64,000 nt of DNA, taken from positions 4,191-68,190 of IMG/VR virus record IMGVR_UViG_3300024254_000008; one strand, 5' to 3'. A program made the translations under genes and the position numbers. Below, piece after piece: positions 16,940-27,084 of this stretch. A model generated the notes under the pieces. That model did not search any database. It worked only from the letters and a program-made list of their open reading frames with translations, and was not told the origin of the DNA. Origin of the DNA: a virus (lineage: Duplodnaviria > Caudoviricetes). Position 1 is the first letter of the stretch. The number at the start of each line of letters is the position of its first letter.

Positions 16940-17851
16940 ATGCCGACGCCCATGAATTCAGCCCAGTTTCGTATCCTCGTGGAGCCGATTCTGAGCGAGC
17001 ACTTCGACGGTGTGTATGACCTCCGGAAGGAATACCGGGAGTTCATGCTGGTCAAGCCGGGCATCCAGCGCGCCTACCAGATGGAACCGGTCATGTACGG
17101 GCTGGGCACGGCCCCGCTCATGGGCGAGGGCGGTCCTGTCACCTACAAGTCGGGCGGCGTCGTCTTCAACAAGACGTACGTCTTCCAGCAATACGGCATC
17201 GCCTTCGGCCTGACCAAGGTGCTGGTCGAGGACGGCGATCACATTGCCATCGGCCGCATCTACAGTCAGCAGATGGGCCAAGGCATGGCCGAAACCGAGG
17301 AGACGGAAGCGGCCAACGTCCTGAACCGCGCCTTCAACGGCGCCTATCTGGGTGGCGACGGCCAGCCGCTTTGCTCGGCTTCGCACCCCATCATCGGCGG
17401 CAATGCTTCCAACCTGCTGGCGACGGCGGCGGCACTGTCCGAAACGAGCGTCGAGTCGATGCTGACGCAAATCCGCAAGGCCATCGACAACGACCGCAAG
17501 TACGTCCGCATCGTGCCGCGCAAGCTGCTGGTGTCGCCGGATAACGAGTGGCAGGCGGAACGCATCACCAAGTCGGCGCTGAGCCCTGGCTCGGCCAACA
17601 ACGCGATCAACGCCGTCATGTCGACCAAGGCGTTGCCGGACGGCTACGAGGTGATCACGCGCCTGACGTCGGCGACGGCATGGTTCATCAAGACCGATGA
17701 GCAGATGGGCCTGCAGTTCATCACGCGCCGCATGGCGCAGAAGAGCATGGAAGGCGACTTCGCCACCGACACCATGCGCTACAAGTGTACGTCTCGTTGG
17801 GTGACTGGCTGGACGAACTGGAGAACTGTATGGGGGACTGCGGGGGCCTGA
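16940..17851 (+). CDS. Major capsid protein (HK97 fold, Mu gpT-like)
   Basis: LVEPILSEHFDGVY, YGIAFGLTKVLVED, ANVLNRAFN, GGDGQPLCSASHP, PRKLLVSP, TMRYKCTSRW. Confidence 0.9.
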   Translation: MPTPMNSAQFRILVEPILSEHFDGVYDLRKEYREFMLVKPGIQRAYQMEPVMYGLGTAPLMGEGGPVTYKSGGVVFNKTYVFQQYGIAFGLTKVLVEDGDHIAIGRIYSQQMGQGMAETEETEAANVLNRAFNGAYLGGDGQPLCSASHPIIGGNASNLLATAAALSETSVESMLTQIRKAIDNDRKYVRIVPRKLLVSPDNEWQAERITKSALSPGSANNAINAVMSTKALPDGYEVITRLTSATAWFIKTDEQMGLQFITRRMAQKSMEGDFATDTMRYKCTSRWVTGWTNWRTVWGTAGA

Positions 17852-17862
17852 CCTCCGATACC

Positions 17863-18390
17863 CTAATTAGGTCGAGGTATATGAGCCCAATTCTTTCCAT
17901 TGCGAATGTTGACGATGGTCGACTTGCCGACGCCGTATCGAGTGGCAGCGGCACGGTGCGACTCGCGATGAAGGATGATGTCTCTGACTTGTTCCTCGGT
18001 CAAAATGGCGGCACAATGGTTGTGCCCGTGCCGGGTCATTCCGTCACGGCTTCGATCCATGGCGTTGTCGAAATGAGTGCCTTTGTCGAGATGATCGATG
18101 TTGATGCACGCGATATTGCGGCATATGACATGGCGGATGATCTTTCCTTTTGGAATTCGGCCTTTGTGCCAAATCCATACAAGGCGGGGCACAAGAGCTT
18201 TACGTCCTTTTCCGTCGATGACGAGAATGGGACGACCTTTTTCGGTTTTCGTGCCGGTCCATTCGATGCAGCCTGTCGCGGTTGGCGGACTGCTGAAATA
18301 GGCTATTCTGGCGAGCAGCGTGTTGCCGCTCGGCCAATTGTTTCGGAGGCGAGTGAATTCTTCTCGGGGTAAGAAATCGAATGAAGACAT
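17863..18390 (-). CDS. HNH homing endonuclease inserted after the MCP
   Basis: GCIEWTG..PRLVWIWHKGRIP..IRHVICRNIACINIDHLDKGTHFDNAMDR; C-terminal HTH. Confidence 0.9.
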   Translation of the reverse strand: MSSFDFLPREEFTRLRNNWPSGNTLLARIAYFSSPPTATGCIEWTGTKTEKGRPILVIDGKGRKALVPRLVWIWHKGRIPKGKIIRHVICRNIACINIDHLDKGTHFDNAMDRSRDGMTRHGHNHCAAILTEEQVRDIILHRESHRAAATRYGVGKSTIVNIRNGKNWAHIPRPN

Positions 18391-18468
18391 TCGATTAAAC
18401 TACCATAGATTAGGACCGCTTGCAATCTAATCGAGAGGCATACCGAGGGTGTAACACTCGGGGCCTTT

Positions 18469-18513
18469 GGGGGTGGTGGTTTCAGTTTCCTTGCGTCACC
18501 ACCCCCAGATTTT
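18469..18513 (+). terminator. Terminator-like hairpin after the MCP/HNH
   Basis: GGGGGTGGTG/CACCACCCCC 10-bp stem followed by AGATTTT. Confidence 0.5.
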
Positions 18514-18538
18514 CGATCGTCTTTGAAGGAGTCTAGCG

Positions 18539-19258
18539 ATGGCCAGTCCGGAAGTTTCTCGTTGGCCCGGCGGCGTCAACGACGCCACGGAAGTCGGAGC
18601 TTATGCGGGGTTCGCCGGTCTGCGGCCATTCCGGTATTTCTATTACAGCGACGATTTCATCGGTTATACCGCGACCGATTGGGTGTTGACGGAGACGGAC
18701 GCCGGCTCGACCGAAGTCGTGACCACAGGGGCCGAAGGCGTTCTGGCCATCACCAATGTCTCGGCCGGCGCGACCGATGAAGCATCGATCCAGTGGGCCG
18801 GTGGATCGGGTGCGGTGAGCCCACAGTTCGTGTGGGACTCGACAAAGGACTTCATCCTTCAGTGCCGCTTCAAGGTGTCAGTGGCAGCGACGACCGGCGC
18901 ATTGGTCGGGTTGGCGGCCACGGATACCACGCCGGTTGCCTCGTTGCCGGCCAACGGCATCTTCTTCAACAAGACGAGCGCTTCGGCGGCTCTCTTGGCC
19001 AATATTCGCAAGGCCGGCGTTTCCACTACCATTGCGCTCGGAAACGTCGCCGATGATACGTTCGTCGATTGCGTGCTCTACTTCAGTTCGACCAAGAACA
19101 CGTGGGCGGCTTATCTGGAGAACGCGTTGGTCGGTACGATCAGCACCGACGCCGTGACGCCGACCGTGGCTTTGGCTCCTACCATCGGCGTCCTGAACGG
19201 CGCGGCGGCGGCGCTTGTCCTCTCGGTCGACAAGTTCTTTGCCGCTAAGCAGCGCTAA
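18539..19258 (+). CDS. Virion structural protein
   Basis: RBS AAGGAG; FYYSDDFIGYTATDW; beta-rich. Confidence 0.7.
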   Translation: MASPEVSRWPGGVNDATEVGAYAGFAGLRPFRYFYYSDDFIGYTATDWVLTETDAGSTEVVTTGAEGVLAITNVSAGATDEASIQWAGGSGAVSPQFVWDSTKDFILQCRFKVSVAATTGALVGLAATDTTPVASLPANGIFFNKTSASAALLANIRKAGVSTTIALGNVADDTFVDCVLYFSSTKNTWAAYLENALVGTISTDAVTPTVALAPTIGVLNGAAAALVLSVDKFFAAKQR

Positions 19259-19278
19259 GTCGCGCAAGGAGTTCCTGA

Positions 19279-19605
19279 ATGCGTCCGTACGCTGTTACGA
19301 TCTCTGGGTCGGTTACGGGCGCTCCGCTGCCGCTTGATTACATGATCGCTCCGTTTCAGATATCGATCTCGGTCGGCAACGTTACGGGCACGATTGCGGC
19401 AACGCTCCAGTACACTTACGACGACGTGTTCGATCCGGCATATGTCGCCGGCTCAGGTAACTGGTTCACGAGTTCGTTGATGTCCGGTATCACGGCGGCG
19501 GGCGATATGGTTATCAATGCCGCTCCTGTTCGGGCTGTCCGTTTCGTCAATGTCGGCACGGGCTCTTTCATCGGCCGGGTCATTCAGGCCGGCACGGGGA
19601 TGTAA
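19279..19605 (+). CDS. Virion structural protein
   Basis: RBS AAGGAG; beta-rich. Confidence 0.65.
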   Translation: MRPYAVTISGSVTGAPLPLDYMIAPFQISISVGNVTGTIAATLQYTYDDVFDPAYVAGSGNWFTSSLMSGITAAGDMVINAAPVRAVRFVNVGTGSFIGRVIQAGTGM

Positions 19606-20552
19606 TGACGCTCGCGACACCCATCATCCTTGGGCCATGGGGCACTCCGGTCCGGGATGCTGGGACTGGCGGTAATGCGACTCCGACTGTGTACATGACG
19701 AGTGGTAATGCTACGCCATGCGTGCTCGTGGCTAGCGGACCGGGATTGGCCATCACCTTGCCAACAATCACGACGGACGCCGCGACGACAGCGTGGGTGA
19801 ATGCCGTCATTGCCAATGGCGGCTCAGTCAGCACTCTCCAGCAGTTCCGCGTCAATATGCTGATCACGCAATTGAAGGCGGCCGGCGCGTGGACGGCAAT
19901 GGACGATGCGTGGCTGCTTGTTTCCGAGAGCGCGATTCAGGCGTTGACGTCGCTCAAGCAACTTCGTCTCGCGGTGGCGACCAATAGTCCTGTGTTCACA
20001 GCAGGACAAGGATATGCTTTCGATGGTGCGACGAATTTCATCAACACAGGGTTTATTCCGATCACGCACGCCGTGAGCATGACGGCCTCGAATAATCGAG
20101 CCTCGGTGTATGAGGGCACCAATGTTTCTGCCACTACGGCGGCGGCCGGCGTTACCCAAGCCACTTCAAGAGTGATTGTTATCATTCCTCAAGCGACTTC
20201 TCCCGCATTCGCGTTGCTGAGCGCGAATGTCACTGGAGGGACGTTTGCATTGCCGGTTGCCGATAGTCGAGGATTGATTTCGGTGAGCCGCAACGGTCCT
20301 GACGCGACGACCGTGGCGGCGTATAAAAACGGCGTTGCTCTTGTTCGCACTGCCGATCCGACTGGATTCGGCGCTACATTGCCGACCAATGCAATATACA
20401 TTGGCGGTAGAAATGCTGCGGGCGTGCTGCAAGTTCCTCGTGCTGCTACAGAGAGATGGGTATCTATTGGCGCATCTCTTACGGCAGCGCAGGAGATGGG
20501 AGAATTTTTGGCCGTTCAGACGTATATGAGTTCGTGGGGAGCCAACGCATGA
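19605..20552 (+). CDS. Tail-associated / receptor-binding-like protein
   Basis: AWVNAVIANGG..LITQLKAAGAW..FDGATNFINTGF; lectin-like beta content. Confidence 0.6.
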   Translation: MTLATPIILGPWGTPVRDAGTGGNATPTVYMTSGNATPCVLVASGPGLAITLPTITTDAATTAWVNAVIANGGSVSTLQQFRVNMLITQLKAAGAWTAMDDAWLLVSESAIQALTSLKQLRLAVATNSPVFTAGQGYAFDGATNFINTGFIPITHAVSMTASNNRASVYEGTNVSATTAAAGVTQATSRVIVIIPQATSPAFALLSANVTGGTFALPVADSRGLISVSRNGPDATTVAAYKNGVALVRTADPTGFGATLPTNAIYIGGRNAAGVLQVPRAATERWVSIGASLTAAQEMGEFLAVQTYMSSWGANA

Positions 20553-20782
20553 GTCGCGTTATTCTTCTCACAGCGAAACAGGCCGATCAGGTCCGAGGTG
20601 TCTCGGTGATGGACCCAAGTGCAGCGCTCGATCCTGTAGCCATTTCCGATGGTCGTTTCATCCTGCCTATTGAAGTGTTGGACGATCCGGCGCATGCGAA
20701 GCATCATGAATTCCTGAGCGGTCTTCCCAAGATCGAGATGTCCGCCATTGAGAAACTGCTGATTCGGGAGGAGCCTGAATGA
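20549..20782 (+). CDS. Small protein, possible fibre assembly chaperone
   Basis: ATGA coupling on both sides. Confidence 0.55.
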   Translation: MSRVILLTAKQADQVRGVSVMDPSAALDPVAISDGRFILPIEVLDDPAHAKHHEFLSGLPKIEMSAIEKLLIREEPE

Positions 20783-21852
20783 GCCTTTCTGGATCGAATA
20801 CCGGCGCGCTTCGCCCCTATACGGCCCGGCACATCCTTGAGTCGGCGCTTCGTCGTGCGGGAGTGCCCCCGGCCAAGTTCACGGACGAAATCGTTCAAGT
20901 GGCGTACGACGAGTTCAACGTGATGCTGGACGAAATGCTCAATCTCGGCATCCAGTTGTGGGGCCGCGACCGCATCATCCTGCCGCTCTACCAGAATCGG
21001 AACACGGTGCCGTGCCCGTTGGGCACCAGCGTCGTGCTGACCGTGAACCAGCGCTCGATGAGTCGGCCGACTGTGATCAATCCATTCAGCACCGAGGGGG
21101 GAACGGCAGCGTTCGCATTCGATGATGATTTTGACACCTCTTGCGAACAGACCGACGTCAACGGCGCTATTGGCGCGTTTTTCGCGACGCCCACGCAGAT
21201 CACGACGGTTGGCGTTCTGTTTGATTCGGCGGGTGCATTCGGCGTCTTCTACGAATATACCGTCGACGGCGGCTCCACTTGGATCACGGCGGACGCCGCT
21301 GATGTAACGATTGCCGCCGGGCAGCAGCAATGGGTTTGGCGGGATATCGAGGGGACGCCGCCCGCCGATGGATGGCGCATTCGAGTGGTGAGCGACGTGA
21401 TCCTGTCGGTCGCTGAGCTTTACTTCGGAAATCAGTCTTCCGAGATTCCCATGGGCGTCTGGTCGCTAGATGATTGGACTGCCATGACTGTTAAGAACAC
21501 GCCGGGCGCTCCATGGAATTACTATCAGCAGCGCGATCTGGACACGTCTGTTCTGTACATCTGGCCGATGCCGAATGATCAGTCCAAGTATTATCAGTTG
21601 ATCGCGTGGCGTCGTCGCTACCTCGATCAGGTGACGGATATGACCCAATCGCTCGATATCAGCCGGCGCTGGAACGAGATGGTGACGGCAACCATGGCCC
21701 GGCGTCTCTGTCGGATGTTGCCCGAGGCCGACATGAACCGGTATGCCATGCTGCAAGGGGAGGAAGGGGAAGCGTTCCGGCTGGCCGCAGGCGAAGAGCG
21801 CGATCCCGCTCCGATGCGCTATAACCCCGGCTTGCAAGTCTACCGGTTCTAG
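20779..21852 (+). CDS. Head-tail adaptor with inserted carbohydrate-binding-like domain
   Basis: ILESALRRAG..FNVMLDEMLNLGIQLW; central AFAFDDDFDTS..WRI..LSVAELYF insert. Confidence 0.65.
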   Translation: MSLSGSNTGALRPYTARHILESALRRAGVPPAKFTDEIVQVAYDEFNVMLDEMLNLGIQLWGRDRIILPLYQNRNTVPCPLGTSVVLTVNQRSMSRPTVINPFSTEGGTAAFAFDDDFDTSCEQTDVNGAIGAFFATPTQITTVGVLFDSAGAFGVFYEYTVDGGSTWITADAADVTIAAGQQQWVWRDIEGTPPADGWRIRVVSDVILSVAELYFGNQSSEIPMGVWSLDDWTAMTVKNTPGAPWNYYQQRDLDTSVLYIWPMPNDQSKYYQLIAWRRRYLDQVTDMTQSLDISRRWNEMVTATMARRLCRMLPEADMNRYAMLQGEEGEAFRLAAGEERDPAPMRYNPGLQVYRF

Positions 21853-21860
21853 GAGGAAAG

Positions 21861-22199
21861 ATGCCCCGCCGCCGTGCTGGAGTTCCCTATGCAAGCGGAC
21901 AGTCTTCACAGGCCGTCCGGTTTCTCGACACACGCAATGAGGCCAATCTGGGCATCTATACCTGCCAGCGCTGTCAGACCAAGCGCCGTTATTCCCAGAT
22001 GACCGAGGATGGGAACATCAAGGGTTTCATGGTGTGTCGGGCCGATATCTCTCCCGGCTGCTGGGATACATACGACCCGCTTCGTCTTCCTGCCCCGCCG
22101 CCGGACGATCTTCGGTTGCCGTTCGTTCGTCCGGATGTGAATATCGCCATTGAGCCGGATGGACTACCCCCGCTTGAGCCGCCGCCACAGGATGCCTGA
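21861..22199 (+). CDS. Small Zn-binding virion-module protein
   Basis: CQRC..GFMVC..CWD.YDP. Confidence 0.65.
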   Translation: MPRRRAGVPYASGQSSQAVRFLDTRNEANLGIYTCQRCQTKRRYSQMTEDGNIKGFMVCRADISPGCWDTYDPLRLPAPPPDDLRLPFVRPDVNIAIEPDGLPPLEPPPQDA

Positions 22200-22849
22200 T
22201 GCCCGCAGCCGCGATGACCTTCGATTCACTCGTTACCGACGTGAAGGACTATATTGAGAGGGGTAGCACCGCCGACGAAACCGTCCTGCGCCAAATTCCT
22301 CGTATCATCAACAACACAGAACGACTTCTGGCGGACCGGCTCAAGATCACCGGCTATCTGGCTCCCGTCACCAGCGCCATGCAGACCAGTGTTCCGGTGA
22401 TCGCCAAGCCGGCCAACTGGCGGTCGACGGTCAGCATCAATTATGGTACCGGCACCGATCAGAGTACGCGACGGACCCTTCGTGCTCGTGCTTACGAGTA
22501 TATTCGGGCCATCTATCCCAACGATTTGTCAGTCGGATATCCTGAGTTCTACTGTGATTACAATCTCGATAACTGGCTCGTTCAGCCGACTCCGGCCGAC
22601 AACTATCCATTCGAGGCGATGTGCTATCTGCTGCCGCCGCTGCTCGACACCAGCAATCAGGAAAATTACCTGACGCGCTACGCTCCGTTCCTGCTGCTGT
22701 ATTCCTGCCTGAAGGGGATGGAAGCCTTCCTGCGCAATGACCCCCGTATCGCGGTGTGGGAAGCCTTGGCGGAGCAGAATTTCGAAGCTATTAATGCCGA
22801 GGATTTGCGGCGCATGGTTGACCGCGCTCAGGTGCGCGACACCAATTAG
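22199..22849 (+). CDS. Head-tail connector / adaptor protein
   Basis: MTFDSLVTDVKDYIER..IPRIINNTE..QPTP..NYLTRYAPFLLLY. Confidence 0.65.
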   Translation: MPAAAMTFDSLVTDVKDYIERGSTADETVLRQIPRIINNTERLLADRLKITGYLAPVTSAMQTSVPVIAKPANWRSTVSINYGTGTDQSTRRTLRARAYEYIRAIYPNDLSVGYPEFYCDYNLDNWLVQPTPADNYPFEAMCYLLPPLLDTSNQENYLTRYAPFLLLYSCLKGMEAFLRNDPRIAVWEALAEQNFEAINAEDLRRMVDRAQVRDTN

Positions 22850-22857
22850 GGGGCGTC

Positions 22858-24882
22858 ATGAACAGCTATACGACAATCTTTGGCGGGGAGAACGTAAACC
22901 CCACCCAGCTTTCCTACATCGCCTATCGACCCTTGGCCGATTTGACGCTCGTCTGGCCGTTGGAAGCTCCGCCGGACGCGAACGTAGCGGCTGACAAGAT
23001 CGACGTGTTCATGACGGCCGGTGCGCTGTCCGTCATCATGCCGCCGGCCGACCAAATCAGCGTCGGGCAGGACGTCTTGATCCGCAATACGGGCGTCTTC
23101 ACGTTCTCGGTTCGCAACAATGACGGAATTGAGATCGGCTCTGTCGCATCCGGCGAAGCATGGTATTTCGTCGTCATCAGCAACAGCACGACGGCCGGTC
23201 AGTGGTACGCCATTGAGTTTGGAGTCGGAACGTCAGCGGCAACGGCCGCGTCGCTAGCTGGTGCGGGCCTTCGAGCCAACGTCAATGTCCTCGACCAGAA
23301 CCTACCAACGACGTCGGTTATAGCCGACCGCACTGTCACAGAAGCCGACCGGGCGACGGTTCTCCAGAACGATGATGGGACGGTCACATGGCTGTTTGAT
23401 CCTGCCGCCACGCTGGGCGATGGTTTCTTCGTCTATGTCATCAACGCAGGCGGCGGTTCGATTACGCTGACTCCGACCGGCAGCGGCAGTCCGACCATCG
23501 ATGGGCATCCGACCAAGGTCATCGCTCCAACTGAATCATTGATCGTGTTCAGTAATGGCACCGATCTTCGTACCTTGGGCTACGGTCGAAACATCATCGA
23601 CACGATTACCGGAACCAGCATCAATGTGGCGGGCTCGGGCGATCTGTTCCTGACGTCGACCGAGGTTGCGGCTCAAGTTCAGGATTACGTGGGCACGCTC
23701 ACGGGCGACCGTGCCGTTTTCTATGGCAACACCGTGGGGTACTGGTTCGTGTTCAACAACACGAGCGGTGCGCACACGCTGACGCTCAAGGTCGATACTC
23801 TCGATCCGGGGGCGCTGATCAAGCAGGGCAATTTCTCCATCATTCGTTCCAACGGAACGAACATGGAGATCGCCTTCACCGACACGTTCGGCACGGTGAC
23901 GGAAGTCGATACCGGCACCGGCCTGCAAGGTGGCCCGATCACGACCACGGGCACCATCTCCATGACCGATACGGGTGTCGCGGCTGATAGCTATGGCGAT
24001 GTCACCCAGACGCTACTGATGGTCGTCGATGCCCAAGGTCGCATTACGTCCCTGACGGCTATCAGCATCTCGATCCCGATCAGCCAAGTCCAACCGATGA
24101 CGAGCGCTCAATTGGCGGCGCGTGTCTCGGATGAGACGGGCACGGGTGCGCTGGTGTTTGCCGTGGCGCCGTCAATTGGCACGCCAGCGACGATTACATT
24201 GACCAACGCAACAGGATTGCCGGTCAGCACGGGCATCTCCGGACTTGGAACCGGCGTCGCAACGTTTCTTGCGACGCCAAACAGCGCCAATCTTGCGGCA
24301 GCCCTGACCGATGAGACGGGCACAGGATCGGCTGTTTTTGGCACGGCACCGACCCTGAGCAATCCGATTGTCGGCACGCAGGCGCAGGACGACAACAGCA
24401 CCAAGGGTGCCTCGACGGCGTACGTAGATCGTATCGGTGTTCAGCAAATCGTCTCTGCCTTTTTCCCCGGTTTCGTTACAACGGCTGGAACAGGAATTCC
24501 TGTAGACAACACGATCCCTCAGCAAACCGAGGGCGACGAAGTCATGACGCTCGCCATCACGCCTAAAAGCGCGACGAGTCGACTTGTCATCGATGCCACT
24601 GTTACGATGGCGCGTAATGGCGGTGACGCCACCGTGATGGCCCTTTTCCAAGACGCTACTGCAAATGCGCTTAGTGCTATTGTTGGTCTTATATCCAATG
24701 AAGCCGGTATCAGGACTATGCGTTGGATAATGACCAGCGGAACGACTAGCTCTACGACGTTCAAGATTCGTGTAGGCTCCAATACACCGGCCCCGTTGCT
24801 TTTCAACGGAGTACAAGGTGTTGGTGCCGTGATGGGCGGCGTGTCCGCTTCCAGTATCACCATCACCGAATACGGCGTCTGA
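22858..24882 (+). CDS. Tail fibre / tail hub protein
   Basis: Gly/Thr-rich; two copies of SA(Q/N)LAA..DETGTG..VF. Confidence 0.7.
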   Translation: MNSYTTIFGGENVNPTQLSYIAYRPLADLTLVWPLEAPPDANVAADKIDVFMTAGALSVIMPPADQISVGQDVLIRNTGVFTFSVRNNDGIEIGSVASGEAWYFVVISNSTTAGQWYAIEFGVGTSAATAASLAGAGLRANVNVLDQNLPTTSVIADRTVTEADRATVLQNDDGTVTWLFDPAATLGDGFFVYVINAGGGSITLTPTGSGSPTIDGHPTKVIAPTESLIVFSNGTDLRTLGYGRNIIDTITGTSINVAGSGDLFLTSTEVAAQVQDYVGTLTGDRAVFYGNTVGYWFVFNNTSGAHTLTLKVDTLDPGALIKQGNFSIIRSNGTNMEIAFTDTFGTVTEVDTGTGLQGGPITTTGTISMTDTGVAADSYGDVTQTLLMVVDAQGRITSLTAISISIPISQVQPMTSAQLAARVSDETGTGALVFAVAPSIGTPATITLTNATGLPVSTGISGLGTGVATFLATPNSANLAAALTDETGTGSAVFGTAPTLSNPIVGTQAQDDNSTKGASTAYVDRIGVQQIVSAFFPGFVTTAGTGIPVDNTIPQQTEGDEVMTLAITPKSATSRLVIDATVTMARNGGDATVMALFQDATANALSAIVGLISNEAGIRTMRWIMTSGTTSSTTFKIRVGSNTPAPLLFNGVQGVGAVMGGVSASSITITEYGV

Positions 24883-26465
24883 TGGCCAAGCTGCCCGATC
24901 TGACCAAGGCGCCGACTTATGAGCCGATCAAGCTGATCAGCGAGCCGGGCATTCAGCGCGATGGCACGCGCCTGTCACAGTCGCAATATCTCGACGGCAC
25001 ATGGACGCGTTTCTATCAGGGCTTGCCGCGCAAGATGCTGGGTTATCGCGAGCAGGTTCGCACGCTTAACGGTATCGTTCGTGCGCTCGACGTCCAGAGC
25101 TACGACGGCTTCAGCTACGTTCACGCGGGGCAGCAGGACGTTTTGCAGCGCTATACGATCAATATCGACAACGGTTTCTCTTCGACTCTGGTCGACAGGA
25201 CGCCTGTTGGCTTCGCGGGCAATCCTGCAAACAATTGGCAATTTTCGATCATGTACGACACCGCGAACGATGCGAATCTGCTGTTCGCGCACGCGGCTCC
25301 GAATATCGAGGATATTTCCAGCACGACGATTCGGCCGATATATTACGGCGAGGTTCGCGACGTCGCCCGTCTGCTGGAGCTTACGCCGACAGCGCCGGGC
25401 GACATTGCACAGATGAGCGGCGGCGTCGTAGCGATTTGGCCGTATCTGGTTCGCTATGGGCAGGACGGTTTCGTCGGCTGGGGCGTTCCCGGCCAGCCGT
25501 TGACCACGTCCGGCACGGGCTCGGGGACCGCTCGTCCGTCCGGCACCAAGATTGTACGCGGCTTGCCGCTGCGCGGCACATCCGGTCCGGCATGCCTTCT
25601 GTGGTCGCTCGATGCGCTTGTTCGCATGCAGTTCGTCGGGGGCACGGCGGTCTTCCTGTTCGATTCCATTTCGACGACTAGCGCGATTCTGTCGTCCAAC
25701 AGTGTCATCGAGCATCTGGGCATTTACTACTGGGCGACGGTCAGTGGCTTTGCCATGTTCAACGGCGTGATGCGCGAATTGCCCAATGAGGATAATGCTC
25801 AGTTTTTTCTCGACAATCTTAATTTCCGCTATCGACAAAAAGTCTTTGCGATGAAGATTCCCCGCTGGAATGAAATCTGGTGGTGCTTCCCGAAGGGCGA
25901 TTCGACGGAATGCAACCATGCGATCATTTACAAGATCGACAAGGGGTTCTGGTACGACACACCACTGCCGGCCACGATGCGGAGCGCCGGCATCTACGAG
26001 CAGATTTACCACTACCCGATCATGGCCTCGACGACGCTCAATGACGACACGATGGGCTATTCGACATGGCAGCATGAGTTCGGGCTGGATGAAGTCAGTG
26101 GACCGTCCGCGACGGCTCTGGCCATCCGGGCCAATATCACGACCAATGAAAAGACCCTGATCGTCAGTCCTCAGGGAGCCGGCGTTGATCGCAATATGTC
26201 GTTCAGCGAGTTGGAGCCGGACTTCAACCAGATCGGCGATCTGAACGTTACTATCCTGTCGCGCCAGAATGCGCGGGCGATTCCGCGCTCGACCGTAACC
26301 AAGGTCATTCCGGCAATCCCGACCCCACAGGAAGAGATGACGGAGTTCAAGCACAGCGGCCGGCTCAACGCATTCAAGATCGAATCGAATCAGTTGGGCG
26401 GTTATTTCGAGTGGGGCACGCCGCTCGTCCATACAGTGCCGGGCGACGGCCGGCGCAAAGACTGA
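24882..26465 (+). CDS. Tail nozzle / stabilisation protein (P22 gp10-like)
   Basis: PGIQRDGT..YLDGTWTRF; beta-propeller-like; position before the ejection genes. Confidence 0.7.
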   Translation: MAKLPDLTKAPTYEPIKLISEPGIQRDGTRLSQSQYLDGTWTRFYQGLPRKMLGYREQVRTLNGIVRALDVQSYDGFSYVHAGQQDVLQRYTINIDNGFSSTLVDRTPVGFAGNPANNWQFSIMYDTANDANLLFAHAAPNIEDISSTTIRPIYYGEVRDVARLLELTPTAPGDIAQMSGGVVAIWPYLVRYGQDGFVGWGVPGQPLTTSGTGSGTARPSGTKIVRGLPLRGTSGPACLLWSLDALVRMQFVGGTAVFLFDSISTTSAILSSNSVIEHLGIYYWATVSGFAMFNGVMRELPNEDNAQFFLDNLNFRYRQKVFAMKIPRWNEIWWCFPKGDSTECNHAIIYKIDKGFWYDTPLPATMRSAGIYEQIYHYPIMASTTLNDDTMGYSTWQHEFGLDEVSGPSATALAIRANITTNEKTLIVSPQGAGVDRNMSFSELEPDFNQIGDLNVTILSRQNARAIPRSTVTKVIPAIPTPQEEMTEFKHSGRLNAFKIESNQLGGYFEWGTPLVHTVPGDGRRKD

Positions 26466-26689
26466 TGGCTCTCAGCCAGATTCCGAATCCTTACAGCACA
26501 CCATGGGACCTGTGGATTTCGACATTGGTCGGCTTCAATCCGTCGCTGATCTCCAACATCTCGCCGGATGAGCCGTGGCGGGAAGTGGCCGACCGGCTGA
26601 CCCAATATGAACCGGCTGCTCCGAGCCCGGATTTCTTCGAGACGTGGCAGGACTGGGCGGCTGCTTTGAAGCAGGCGTATCCGGATTAG
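26465..26689 (+). CDS. Small tail-module protein
   Basis: TGATG coupling; W-rich (FFETWQDWAAAL). Confidence 0.65.
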   Translation: MALSQIPNPYSTPWDLWISTLVGFNPSLISNISPDEPWREVADRLTQYEPAAPSPDFFETWQDWAAALKQAYPD

Positions 26690-26771
26690 CCTTAGAAAAT
26701 ATTGTCCAAAAAGACTTACCGATTTTGTCTGAAACTTGAGTCTGAGATTCTAGATGAAGTTGAGCTAAACA

Positions 26772-26806
26772 TTCCCGGTATCCCGTCTGGGACGGGATAC
26801 CGGGAA
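26772..26806. repeat. Perfect 16-bp inverted repeat with a 3-nt loop
   Basis: TTCCCGGTATCCCGTC-TGG-GACGGGATACCGGGAA. Confidence 0.95.
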
Positions 26807-26837
26807 ACTAGGCAGACGTCAACTCTAGTTGAGCGAT

Positions 26838-26867
26838 TACTTGGAGCTACTTGGGGCTACTTGGGGC
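26838..26867 (+). repeat. Three tandem 10-bp repeats
   Basis: TACTTGGAGC TACTTGGGGC TACTTGGGGC. Confidence 0.9.
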
Positions 26868-26979
26868 TTCATGGGCGAAATTCACCTGTCGAGGCACCAT
26901 CGCCCGAGCCTCGTATTTGCCCGTAGGACGACGATCTGGCCGTCGATGCCCCCGGCATACCGGCTCCCGCAAGAATCGA

Positions 26980-27007
26980 TTGTACGGGGCCTCCAAGGGC
27001 GTATAGT
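26980..27007 (+). promoter_or_regulatory. Promoter for the ejection-protein operon
   Basis: TTGTAC-N16-TATAGT. Confidence 0.55.
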
Positions 27008-27084
27008 GGGCACATACCGATCTGGTAGGCACTGGCGGCGACAGATGCCTTGCGCGGGAACACTGAAACAGTGCGAGTATCGCC

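Noticed and set aside
17785-18372. 195-aa plus-strand ORF
   Set aside because: Antisense to a motif-complete HNH gene and overlaps the MCP end; no motifs
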